From an uncultured Candidatus Saccharibacteria bacterium (lineage in GTDB: Bacteria; Patescibacteriota; Saccharimonadia; Saccharimonadales; CAZLTB01): a DNA stretch of 64,000 nucleotides. Positions 55,484-63,884 of the stretch are shown piece after piece. The position numbers and the translations under genes were made by a program. Each line of letters starts with the position of its first letter. Within the stretch, counting starts at the first letter, position 1. The notes under the pieces are model-generated. The model was not told the DNA's origin and did not search any database. It saw nothing but the letters and a program-made list of their open reading frames with translations. The DNA lies in NCBI GenBank assembly GCA_964562505.1, contig CAZLTB010000002.1, forward strand, positions 1,200 to 65,199, written 5' to 3'.

Positions 55484-56004
55484 ATTTATTAGCTACGGCT
55501 TTTTGGGTCTTTTTACCAGCAGGCATTGCTAATATGGTGCCGACATTTGCGGCCAAAATACCTGTCATCAAGAATTGGAACACGCCAATTGATCTTTGGG
55601 GTAAGTATAAGGGCGGGCGGATCCTAGGTGATAATAAAACTTGGCGTGGAATAGTTTTTGGAACTTTGGTAGGTGGCTTGGTTGGACTTATTCAATACAA
55701 ATTGATCTTACCAAGTCAAACTTCATCTTTTTATATTTTTGTAGCCACTGCCTCAATGGGTTTTGGTGCTTTATTCGGTGATGTAGTGGAGAGTTTTGTA
55801 AAAAGACGTCTTGGCGTTAAGCCGGGCAAAAGTTGGTTCCCTTTTGATCAACTTGATTATATTTTCGGAGGTCTGATATTTATTTATCCATTTATCCATT
55901 TATCTCTAAAGCTAATGGTCGCTATCGTCATTGTGTATTGGGGGCTTCATTTGATTGTTAATTATATGGGCTACATGTTAGGGATTAATGAGGGTCACAT
56001 ATAG
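55480..56004 (+). CDS. CDP-archaeol synthase (CarS/DUF46)-like cytidylyltransferase
   Basis: 174 aa and polytopic. LPAGIANMVP, GRILGDNKTWRG and GDVVESFVKRRLGVKPG..FPFDQLDY match the archaeal CarS pattern by eye. It has an ATGA overlap with the PHP gene. Confidence 0.7.
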   Translation: MNLLATAFWVFLPAGIANMVPTFAAKIPVIKNWNTPIDLWGKYKGGRILGDNKTWRGIVFGTLVGGLVGLIQYKLILPSQTSSFYIFVATASMGFGALFGDVVESFVKRRLGVKPGKSWFPFDQLDYIFGGLIFIYPFIHLSLKLMVAIVIVYWGLHLIVNYMGYMLGINEGHI

Positions 56005-56006
56005 TT

Positions 56007-56738
56007 CTAACTAGCTTTTATGTAATACTCGTTGGCCCAAGCCTCAGCTAAAAATTGCTTATCAAAAAGCTCAAACAGGGCCTCTGTCTGAGATTCCATA
56101 GATGAAAGAGCTTTTAGTTTAAGTTTTTGTATATCGGTTGATAATTCAAAACAAATATCGCATTCTTGTGATTCGTAAAGAATCGGCTTATCAATGTTAT
56201 AGAAAATATTTATCTTTTCATCTATAGGTTTTAAATATTTTTCGTAATTGTGTTTTGTCCCAACGACATGAAAGACAGTAATGTCTCTGGCTGATTCTTT
56301 GACCACACGCTTCACCCAATCTGATACAGCAGAGTGGTCGGGATTACCCGTCCAACCATCAGGGCCAAATGTCAATATGGTATCTGGCTGGTATTGCTCA
56401 ATGAATGCTTGCAGTTTATTGACAGCTTCATCTGTATTAACTTGATCACAGTGTGTATCAGAATATCCTAGCCAATGGTGGTTATTAATACTCAGAATTT
56501 TGCAGGCACGTTTGAGCTCATTTGCCCGAATATCACCTAAGCGAGTCGCTGGCCAACGACTTTCATCCTGAATCCCAGCCTCGCCTTTAGTAGCAGTAAT
56601 ACAAACTACTTCCTGTCCATTTTGTACAGCTGTACTAAGTATGCCTGCAGCCAGAAAACTTTCGTCGTCAGGATGCGCCCAGACAGACATAATTATGCCT
56701 AGTTGTTTTATATCATCAGGTGTTTTAATTTGCCCCAT
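56007..56738 (-). CDS. PIG-L/LmbE-family N-acetylglucosaminyl deacetylase
   Basis: 243 aa with the zinc motif VWAHPDDESF and a later HPDH-like motif GNPDHSAV. Confidence 0.85.
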   Translation of the reverse strand: MGQIKTPDDIKQLGIIMSVWAHPDDESFLAAGILSTAVQNGQEVVCITATKGEAGIQDESRWPATRLGDIRANELKRACKILSINNHHWLGYSDTHCDQVNTDEAVNKLQAFIEQYQPDTILTFGPDGWTGNPDHSAVSDWVKRVVKESARDITVFHVVGTKHNYEKYLKPIDEKINIFYNIDKPILYESQECDICFELSTDIQKLKLKALSSMESQTEALFELFDKQFLAEAWANEYYIKAS

Positions 56739-57306
56739 CTGTTCGTTCCGCTTTACGGCCTAAGAGAGCTAAGAGCTTAGTCTGAATGCTTGCGTCTGAA
56801 GATACATCAATTGCTGGTGCAAAATCTCCATTGACCGATAATTTTTCTTTGCGAGGAAGCATAAAGTCATATAAGCTTCCTGCCAGCTCCTCATTGATAA
56901 TCAAATTACATTGAGTACTTTGAGCCACATCCCAGCCATGTATGCACATATCATTACCAATTTCATTAATATACTGACGAGCTGGCACGTCACCTTGGGA
57001 TAAATGGACAATCTGGTCTAAACCACTGCTCCTAACAGCTTTGCGTGCATTACTAGCAGCAGCTTGCCAAGCTTTTTGCAAATCTTCACCAAGAACATCT
57101 CCGTCATATTTGCTGCCAACTTCATTAACCGTTTTGCCAGCCAACATATCTGGAACCCAAAGTAGTTCATAAACCATGTGGTTAACCAGTGCTTTTAAAT
57201 CCCATTCTGTGCAAGGTGTAGCATTTCCAAGTTGGTCATCATGGACATGATGAATACAGCCTGAAGCCTGGTCGAGCGCCTGTGTAAATAGATCTTTTGG
57301 GTCCAC
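56725..57306 (-). CDS. DinB/MDMPI-N-like protein (TIGR03086-like, actinobacterial type)
   Basis: 193 aa with a GTG start and a GGAGG SD. Contains PCTEWDLKALVNHMVYELLWV, resembling the mycothiol-dependent maleylpyruvate isomerase N-terminal domain family. It overlaps the LmbE gene by 14 nt. Confidence 0.6.
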   Translation of the reverse strand: MDPKDLFTQALDQASGCIHHVHDDQLGNATPCTEWDLKALVNHMVYELLWVPDMLAGKTVNEVGSKYDGDVLGEDLQKAWQAAASNARKAVRSSGLDQIVHLSQGDVPARQYINEIGNDMCIHGWDVAQSTQCNLIINEELAGSLYDFMLPRKEKLSVNGDFAPAIDVSSDASIQTKLLALLGRKAERTDGAN

Positions 57307-57351
57307 CTTTAGGCCTCCGTTTAATTACTTTTATAATAACTCTTTTACAGC

Positions 57352-58383
57352 CTAACTATCGAGGGATTTTTTAAGTTTTTCTACTAAATCAACTGGTGTT
57401 GGGTTTACGCCATTAAGCAACGCTAAATAAATACTAGCAAAATCGCCTAACACTACACTCCAGATAAGTTGTTGCAAAATGGTCTCACCGGCTGGTTTAA
57501 CTACTATCGGTGTTGGTCTTTTACCAGATAATAGGCGTTCGGTCACTTCAAAGCGTTTTTGTACTCTCGGATGTTCTAAATTACTACGTATCTCAACAAT
57601 TGCAAAAGGCTTGTCGGTAGGATGACTTGACCAACCAATGAACTCATTATGATTAAATTCTGGATATTGGTTGCACCAGGCAAGATTTTTAGAATTCTCA
57701 TTTATACAGATCTTCCACTTGTTGGCAGCCGGAAAAAGCAAAGGACCGCTATAGATTATGGCAGTTCGGCCCATCAATTCTTGGGCAATTTGTTTGGCTT
57801 GATTTTTTCCAGCTGGAACTGTGGGCTTCCAGTTATCTATCTCCTTTTCAAGCCAGCCACTGACCTCGCTAAGTTCCGCTATACTTTTTTCATCAATGGT
57901 CCCTAGGGGCTGTAAAATATGAACTAAGGCGCTTAAAAAATACATGGATGACATTCTGGGCTGAATACCAGAGGGAATTTCAAAAACTGGATATGACTTT
58001 TCCTTGGCTTTATCTAGAAGTTTACCGCCAGCAGCTATAACGACAATCTGAGCTCCTTTCGCCTCAGCGTCATCTAAGGCAGACAATGTTTCTTCGGTAT
58101 TGCCCGAATAACTAGAAGAAATGACAATCGTATTGCTGTTAACATAATCGGGCAAGTTGTAACCACGTACGATCTCAAATGGTACATTTAACTTTGGCCA
58201 TGAACTTAAAAAAACGCCGGGCAGTGCTGATCCGCCCATGCCACTGAGCACAATATTCCGAACCTCAGTTTTAGCTTTAAAGGTAGTGTCGTATTTGTGA
58301 GACAGTTGTTGCCACTGTTTTTCAGCGATTCCTAAAGCATCCTGAGCATCACGTTCGTGAATGTATTTCAAATCATCCAGCAT
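57352..58383 (-). CDS. Bifunctional phosphoglucose/phosphomannose isomerase (SIS domain, archaeal/actinobacterial type)
   Basis: 343 aa with SIS motifs (VLSGMGGSALPG, ISSSYSGNTEET) and the C-terminal domain of the PGI/PMI family. Confidence 0.75.
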   Translation of the reverse strand: MLDDLKYIHERDAQDALGIAEKQWQQLSHKYDTTFKAKTEVRNIVLSGMGGSALPGVFLSSWPKLNVPFEIVRGYNLPDYVNSNTIVISSSYSGNTEETLSALDDAEAKGAQIVVIAAGGKLLDKAKEKSYPVFEIPSGIQPRMSSMYFLSALVHILQPLGTIDEKSIAELSEVSGWLEKEIDNWKPTVPAGKNQAKQIAQELMGRTAIIYSGPLLFPAANKWKICINENSKNLAWCNQYPEFNHNEFIGWSSHPTDKPFAIVEIRSNLEHPRVQKRFEVTERLLSGKRPTPIVVKPAGETILQQLIWSVVLGDFASIYLALLNGVNPTPVDLVEKLKKSLDS

Positions 58384-58469
58384 TTTGGTCTCCCGGTTTA
58401 ACTGATATATAGTATATGGTATAGTGCTTATGATTCTATAAAAAACATGTCCCTAGGGGGTGGAACCGT

Positions 58470-58973
58470 ATGTTCGGTCAAAACGATAACAGCCAAGATC
58501 AAAACCAAGCTTTCAACCCTGCGTTACCTAATGCTCCGATCGCTAGTGCACCTGTGCCTGATACATCATCAGTAACATCATTTGGTAGTACTCCTCCAAC
58601 TCCTCCGCCTACAACCGCATCTGTAAACCCAAATGAATTTAATGCAACTCCTAGCCTACCGGCCGAACCACCAGTAAGTCAGCCATCAGTACCTCAAGCC
58701 GGTCCAGTAGATAACAATTTAATTGGCATTAAGCAACAAGCCTTGCAGCAACTTTCGCCGTTGGTTGGACGTCTTGAACAAACACCCGAAGAGAAATTCC
58801 GGACAACAATGATGATGATTCAAGCCTCGGATGATCAAAGTCTTATAAAAACCGCGTATGAAAGTGCCGGGCAAATCGTGGACGAAAAAGCTCGGGCACA
58901 AGCATTACTAGATATAGTCAACGAAATCAACTATTTCACTCAACAGAGCCAAAACCAAAATAAAGGGAACTAA
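58470..58973 (+). CDS. Hypothetical protein with a Pro/Ser-rich N-terminal half and a helical C-terminal half
   Basis: 167-aa ORF. No TM segment and no family recognised. Confidence 0.45.
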   Translation: MFGQNDNSQDQNQAFNPALPNAPIASAPVPDTSSVTSFGSTPPTPPPTTASVNPNEFNATPSLPAEPPVSQPSVPQAGPVDNNLIGIKQQALQQLSPLVGRLEQTPEEKFRTTMMMIQASDDQSLIKTAYESAGQIVDEKARAQALLDIVNEINYFTQQSQNQNKGN

Positions 58974-59344
58974 ACCGTCGGTTGAAGATTATATAACGGT
59001 TGTCTTGCTTGCTGTGCTGCGTCAGCCTGCACGGGCATAATGATACGCTCCGGCTGCTGCTCGATAAGTCTTGCTATAGAATTCTCTAGAGAACCGCGTA
59101 ATGTTCTAAGTTCCTGATCCAGCTGTACGATTCGTGATTCAAGAGCCACCGCTCGGCGGTGCATTTGAACACGCTGGAATTCACTTTGCCTTAGAAGTTG
59201 CTGGTTTTGCTGTAGATTACTAAGCAGCGCTCTCATTAGGTCATTCTGAGCCTGTAAATCCTGTCTAGATGCAACACGTTGAAGCATTTGGTTTTTGACA
59301 TTTTCCATGACGTTCTGCACGTCTTGTTTCGTAAGGTTTGTCAT
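58970..59344 (-). CDS. Gln-rich coiled-coil protein (paralog A)
   Basis: 124 aa with a GGAGG SD 6 nt upstream. The N-terminus LTKQDVQNVMENVKNQMLQRVASRQDLQ is colinear with the neighbouring gene. Confidence 0.6.
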   Translation of the reverse strand: MTNLTKQDVQNVMENVKNQMLQRVASRQDLQAQNDLMRALLSNLQQNQQLLRQSEFQRVQMHRRAVALESRIVQLDQELRTLRGSLENSIARLIEQQPERIIMPVQADAAQQARQPLYNLQPTV

Positions 59345-59432
59345 ACCATGCCTCCAACTATTAACTCAAATAGTTTATGTTAGATTTTAGGCGCCCGCTG
59401 AATTTGTCTGATAAATTTCTAATGCTGATCGT

Positions 59433-59741
59433 TCAACCTTGGAGCAAGTTCATAGCTCTGGTTTGTTGATCAAGTATTCTAAGGAGAATCTGTTGCATAG
59501 CAGCAATCTGTCGTTCCATGTTAGTGACTTTCAGTGTCATCTGATATTGTCTTGCCTGGTATTGGCGCATTGCCTGCTGGTTTTCACCATGCATATCACG
59601 TATATCTTGCAGAATGATGTTGCGAAGTTGTGTAACAGATACCTGCACATCGTTTCGCGTTATCACATTGCTTAAAATAGACTGTCTGGCACGCTCAAAT
59701 GCAGTTTGCACGTCTTGCTGGGTTGCTGCGGCCATAACCAC
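59433..59741 (-). CDS. Gln-rich coiled-coil protein (paralog B)
   Basis: 102 aa with an AGGAGG SD. The N-terminus ATQQDVQTAFERARQSILSNVITRNDVQ is colinear with paralog A. Confidence 0.6.
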   Translation of the reverse strand: MVMAAATQQDVQTAFERARQSILSNVITRNDVQVSVTQLRNIILQDIRDMHGENQQAMRQYQARQYQMTLKVTNMERQIAAMQQILLRILDQQTRAMNLLQG

Positions 59742-60043
59742 CTCCTAAGGTTACTAAAGCGGCTATGTTTGTTTGATCGGTTGAGTTTTTGTTAAACCGA
59801 CCTCTTGGTCCTCCTCCCTCGCAAAGTTCCGCTGCACTCACCCGATTCGTTCATAACGATTGAGATTGGGTATTCGGTTATTCGGTTTCGCTATTAGCTC
59901 GCTGTACTCCAAGCGACCATATTGCAGAATACAGTTCTTCGCTCACAACCAAAACTTTGTGTACACTTTATTAAACAACGGATCAAAATAACGGTCAGTG
60001 ATTATAGTCACAAACTGTTTAAGGTATGGTTTTGTAGCTAATA

Positions 60044-60577
60044 TTATTTGTTCGTTTTGTATCTAGTAACTTGGCTATGTGCCAGGGCAGTTATTAGCGA
60101 TACTACGACAAAGACCGCGGCCATATCGCCAGGGCCTGTGTTTGGAATTTTCGTGTTTTGAGTGGTTTGGCTAGTAGAGGATGAAGATGGTGGAGTTGAG
60201 CCACTGCTTGATGAAGTGCTACTGGAGCCGCTAGTTGTTGACTGAGAAGAAGTGCTTGGAGAGCTTTGGCTGCTCGAACTGCCACTTGAGCTACCTGCAC
60301 CTGAGGAGCTAGTGGAAGGCGTAGTCGACGTCTGATTACTGGGTTGGCTTGTTGTAGCTACAGGGGTATTTTTATGTGTGACTTTTCGGTATATCCAACG
60401 TCCACCGAAGAATAATCCAACCGCTAAAAGTACAGTTGCTAAAAGAGTCCCGAGCGCTAATAGCCAGGCAACCCCAGCACGTTCGCGCCGTTCTGCTTGA
60501 TAATATTCCTGAATTTCAGCCGGTACTTGTGGCTCAGACTCTTCTGGTTGTTTTTTACGGCGCTTGAATAGTGCCAT
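60044..60577 (-). CDS. Ser-rich surface protein with an LPXTG-type (IPNTG) sortase sorting signal
   Basis: The ATG at 60577 has a GGAG SD. It has an N-terminal TM/signal anchor and a ~90-aa Ser/Thr-rich region. The C-terminus is IPNTG, a hydrophobic helix (MAAVFVVVSLITALA) and a basic tail (RYKTNK). Confidence 0.7.
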   Translation of the reverse strand: MALFKRRKKQPEESEPQVPAEIQEYYQAERRERAGVAWLLALGTLLATVLLAVGLFFGGRWIYRKVTHKNTPVATTSQPSNQTSTTPSTSSSGAGSSSGSSSSQSSPSTSSQSTTSGSSSTSSSSGSTPPSSSSTSQTTQNTKIPNTGPGDMAAVFVVVSLITALAHSQVTRYKTNK

Positions 60578-60700
60578 GTTTACTTCTCCCAAATAATATT
60601 AATATCATAGTACAAACTAGCCAATTTTGCAATATCTTTATTGGATAGGGAAAAATTTGTGAGATTTAGCCTGTTTTATGGATATGTAGAACTACGCGCC

Positions 60701-62365
60701 CTACATTCCCATGCCCATACCACCCATGTCAGGAGCAGCTGGTTCTTTCTTCTCCGGTACATCAACTACTAGGGCGCCCATGGTCATGGCCGTACCAGCG
60801 ACTGACACAGCGTTTTGAATGGCTTCTTTGGTAACGCGCGTGGGATCAACAATGCCAGCAGCTTTAAGATCAACTGGCTTATCACCGGGATTGTTTACGT
60901 TGACCCCGAAACCTGCTTTAGATTTACGGACTTGTGGTAACCATTCGTCTGGGTTTAGGCCGGCGTTTTCAAGCAAGATCCTGAATGGCTGCTCTAAGGC
61001 ACTTTTAAGTAATGCCTGGCCAGCAAGTATTGACTCCACGTGCTCTTCGCTCCGAGCAGATGTCCCAGCTGAAATTTTTCCAGTCAGGTTTATTAGAGTT
61101 ACTCCTCCTCCAGCGACAATACCTTCGTCAAGTGCTGCCTTGACAGCATGTACTGCGTCATCGACGCGGAACTTTTTTTCCTCTATCTCAGTCTCAGTTG
61201 CGCCACCTACTTTAATTACAGCCACTTTGCCCTGCAATGCTGCACGGCGTTTTTCTAAGTTTTCTTTATCATACTCGCTGGTTGCTGAAGCTATCTGTGC
61301 ATCAATTTGTTTAATCCGAGCATTGACTTCAGTTGTTGAGCCACCACCTTCGATTATGGTTGTTTCATCTTTATTAACAATTACCTTGCGCGCAGTTCCC
61401 ACTACGTCAAGATCAACGTTTTCAAAGGTCATGCCACGATCTTCAGTAATGACATCGCCGCCTGTTAGGATTGCAATGTCATTGAGTACATCTTTGCGTC
61501 GGTCCCCAAATGCGGGAGCCTTAATAGCTATGGTATTAAATACGCCCTTTAGTCGGTTCAGTATCAACGTTCCGAGTGCTTCACCTTCTACGTCTTCAGC
61601 AATCAGGACTAAGTCTTTTTTGCCAGCTTGAGCCAGTTTTTCAAGTAGTGGCAGAAACTCCTGGACAGAAGTAATTTTCTTATCAGTAATAACTATTGAT
61701 GGCTTGTCGTAAACCGCTTCCATACGGGCAGGGTCAGTTACCATATAAGGACTGACAAAACCCCGGTCAAACGTGAATCCTTCGACAACTTCACTTTCAA
61801 GCGCCAAGCCTTGGCCTTCTTCCACAGTCACTACACCGTCTTTACCCACTTTATCAATAACATCAGCTATTAAATCCCCAATCTCTTGGTCACCAGCAGA
61901 AATGGTAGCTACTTCGGCTACACGCTTTTTATTACTCTTGATATCTTCACTAAAGCTTCCGAGACTTGCTAACACATCGTGAGCAGCAGCCTCTAAACCT
62001 TTTCTTAAAAGCATTGGATTATGTCCCGCCGCAATCAATTTATTGGCTTCGTTCAAAATATGATAAGTCAGTACTGTGACAGTAGTAGTACCATCACCTG
62101 CGACGTCATTCATTTTATTTGCTGCTTGTTTGATAAGTTCAGCACCGACCTTGTAGCCGAGTGTCTCGTCATCAACATCAGCTAGCTCTATTCCCTTGGC
62201 AACGGTCACACCGTCGTGGGTAACTGTTGGGTTGCCATAGCTTTTGCTGATAACTGCATTTCGGCCCTTAGGCCCCATGGTAGTTTTTACTGCTTCGTAT
62301 AAAATTTGAGCTCCGCCAAGCACGCGTCGGCGAGCTTCATCATCATAAAAAACTTTATTTGCCAT
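60701..62365 (-). CDS. groL: Chaperonin GroEL
   Basis: Full-length Cpn60 with the GDGTTT motif and a C-terminal GGMGMGM. The ATG at 62365 has an AGGAGG SD; the track start at 62368 is TTG. Confidence 0.97.
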   Translation of the reverse strand: MANKVFYDDEARRRVLGGAQILYEAVKTTMGPKGRNAVISKSYGNPTVTHDGVTVAKGIELADVDDETLGYKVGAELIKQAANKMNDVAGDGTTTVTVLTYHILNEANKLIAAGHNPMLLRKGLEAAAHDVLASLGSFSEDIKSNKKRVAEVATISAGDQEIGDLIADVIDKVGKDGVVTVEEGQGLALESEVVEGFTFDRGFVSPYMVTDPARMEAVYDKPSIVITDKKITSVQEFLPLLEKLAQAGKKDLVLIAEDVEGEALGTLILNRLKGVFNTIAIKAPAFGDRRKDVLNDIAILTGGDVITEDRGMTFENVDLDVVGTARKVIVNKDETTIIEGGGSTTEVNARIKQIDAQIASATSEYDKENLEKRRAALQGKVAVIKVGGATETEIEEKKFRVDDAVHAVKAALDEGIVAGGGVTLINLTGKISAGTSARSEEHVESILAGQALLKSALEQPFRILLENAGLNPDEWLPQVRKSKAGFGVNVNNPGDKPVDLKAAGIVDPTRVTKEAIQNAVSVAGTAMTMGALVVDVPEKKEPAAPDMGGMGMGM

Positions 62366-62376
62366 CAAAAAACCTC

Positions 62377-62646
62377 CTACTTAACGGTCGCTAAGATATC
62401 TTCTTCTTTGACCAAAATATGTTCATCATTGCCCACTTTAATCTCAGTAGTGCTATAGCTCTTATAGACAATACGGTCACCCACTTTGACTTGCTTGACA
62501 TCCTTGCCAACTGCTAAAACTTTAGCTACTTTCGGTTTCTCCTGAGCCTTGTCGGGCAGATACAAGCCACTGGCAGTTTTGGTTTCAGCTTCTTCCTGCT
62601 CAGCTACTACATAGTCGGCGAGGGGTTGAATATTCACGCCCATCAT
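62377..62646 (-). CDS. groS: Co-chaperonin GroES
   Basis: 89 aa containing IQPLADYVVAEQEE...ASGLYLPD, with an AAGGAGG SD. Confidence 0.95.
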   Translation of the reverse strand: MMGVNIQPLADYVVAEQEEAETKTASGLYLPDKAQEKPKVAKVLAVGKDVKQVKVGDRIVYKSYSTTEIKVGNDEHILVKEEDILATVK

Positions 62647-62687
62647 TAAACCTCCTTTAATTCATCCAATCTGCTGGATTTTCCATA

Positions 62688-62714
62688 TTAGCACTTTAAG
62701 CATTAGAGTGCTAA
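62688..62714. promoter_or_regulatory. CIRCE operator (HrcA binding site)
   Basis: TTAGCACTT-TAAGCATTA-GAGTGCTAA compared with the consensus TTAGCACTC-N9-GAGTGCTAA. It lies between the promoter and the groES start. Confidence 0.9.
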
Positions 62715-62726
62715 TTAACAGTCTTA

Positions 62727-62755
62727 ATATTATCGAAATCCTAAAATCCGGTCAA
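62727..62755 (-). promoter_or_regulatory. groESL promoter (TTGACC-17-TAATAT)
   Basis: The minus strand reads TTGACC ggattttaggatttcga TAATAT. CIRCE begins 12 nt downstream of the -10. Confidence 0.6.
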
Positions 62756-62771
62756 GGCCTACAAGTTTTAC

Positions 62772-63884
62772 TTAATTTGCGTTTTCGGTCCGTGGGCCTC
62801 GATGACGTCGAAATGACTCGTAAAGTCGTCCGCTTAATATATATTCTTTAAGCTGTTCTTCGGTATCTGATATCTGTTGAAACGCCTTGCTATTATCGTC
62901 TCTGCCCTCTATAAAGGCTTCCATATAAGGATCGAAGACATATTCTTTAAAATAGTCCCATTGGACAGGTAATTTGAAACCACTTAGTAATCCAATACCA
63001 TTGTGCTGTTCAGGCAGAGCCATAGAACCATACATAACCCTTAGATCATGCACTGCTTTATGAAGTACTATTGACGGCTTTGCTTCGTCAGTTAAAAAAG
63101 TTGCGGATTCCCAATCTATGAAAAATATGTCTCCAGTGATATCTACTGCAATGTTTTTAAACTGAGGGTCACCATGAAAAATATTCTTACGGTGAATGTT
63201 TGCCAACTTTTCAGCAATAAACTTTATGTTTTGGCGCTGCCCAGCATATTCTTCATTTTCTATGTCTGTAGCAACATTCACCCAGTTGGAGTTATCAAGT
63301 GCTTCGACACCCTTTTCTAATTCTGTGATAGAGTAGCCTGTTCCATCACTCCCGTACATAAAGCCCACTGGCTTAAAGCATCGCATGCCTTCCTTGGTAC
63401 TAACTATCTGTGCATTCAACCAGTCGTAACACGCTTTTATAGGTTTGGTAGTGCAAGGTTTTATTGCAACCGGCAGAGCGGCTTGTGTGTCTTTATCATT
63501 GTAAAGTAGTCCAAAGAACACTTGATGGGCTGAAGTTTCGGCCACACTGGTACGGACAACACTAAACTTAGTCAGACCAGCCCCCATCAGTTCAGAGTAT
63601 TCGGGTGAAAGCCATAGACGATTATTATTCCTTTCAACCCGTTCTTGAATACTTACAGCCATTTGTACATTTATCGGTTTTGATTCGTTAATAATAGCGT
63701 GCTCATGTCGGTCTATATCAATCACCTGCGCACCATTAAGTGCATAGCCTTCTTCAATTGCCTGGCGAAAAGCATAGACTTGGTTTTTGTGGCCTGGTTC
63801 TAGTTCATTTGAGCCTAGTACTTCCCACTCTTCAAGTACAGAAGTTTGGGCAGGCAAAGCTCTTTTTTCACTCTCGGCTTGCAT
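62772..63884 (-). CDS. Protein-kinase-like fold protein (Kdo/WaaP/RIO-like atypical kinase)
   Basis: 370 aa with VAIK-type Lys (LPVAIKP), catalytic loop FHGDPQFKNIAV and metal-binding FFIDWES. It has a ~130-aa N-terminal extension of unknown type. Confidence 0.65.
   Translation of the reverse strand: MQAESEKRALPAQTSVLEEWEVLGSNELEPGHKNQVYAFRQAIEEGYALNGAQVIDIDRHEHAIINESKPINVQMAVSIQERVERNNNRLWLSPEYSELMGAGLTKFSVVRTSVAETSAHQVFFGLLYNDKDTQAALPVAIKPCTTKPIKACYDWLNAQIVSTKEGMRCFKPVGFMYGSDGTGYSITELEKGVEALDNSNWVNVATDIENEEYAGQRQNIKFIAEKLANIHRKNIFHGDPQFKNIAVDITGDIFFIDWESATFLTDEAKPSIVLHKAVHDLRVMYGSMALPEQHNGIGLLSGFKLPVQWDYFKEYVFDPYMEAFIEGRDDNSKAFQQISDTEEQLKEYILSGRLYESFRRHRGPRTENAN

Noticed and set aside
59742-60043. 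The 302-bp gap was examined for a tRNA, tmRNA, RNase P RNA, 6S or SRP RNA gene.
   Set aside because: There is no T-loop GGTTCGAAT-type motif, no cloverleaf pairing, no RNase P P4 (GAGGAAAGTCC) and no SRP GGAA tetraloop helix. It is kept only as an unexplained leader in the findings.
60819-61631. 270-aa plus-strand ORF antisense to groEL.
   Set aside because: Its translation is low-complexity Ser/Pro/Ala/Thr, typical of the antisense frame of a Gly/Ala/Val-rich gene. groEL on the opposite strand is unambiguous. The same reasoning applies to the other long antisense or alternate-frame ORFs in the track, such as 20583-21125, 36725-37249, 15602-16099, 33991-34383 and 16917-17303.
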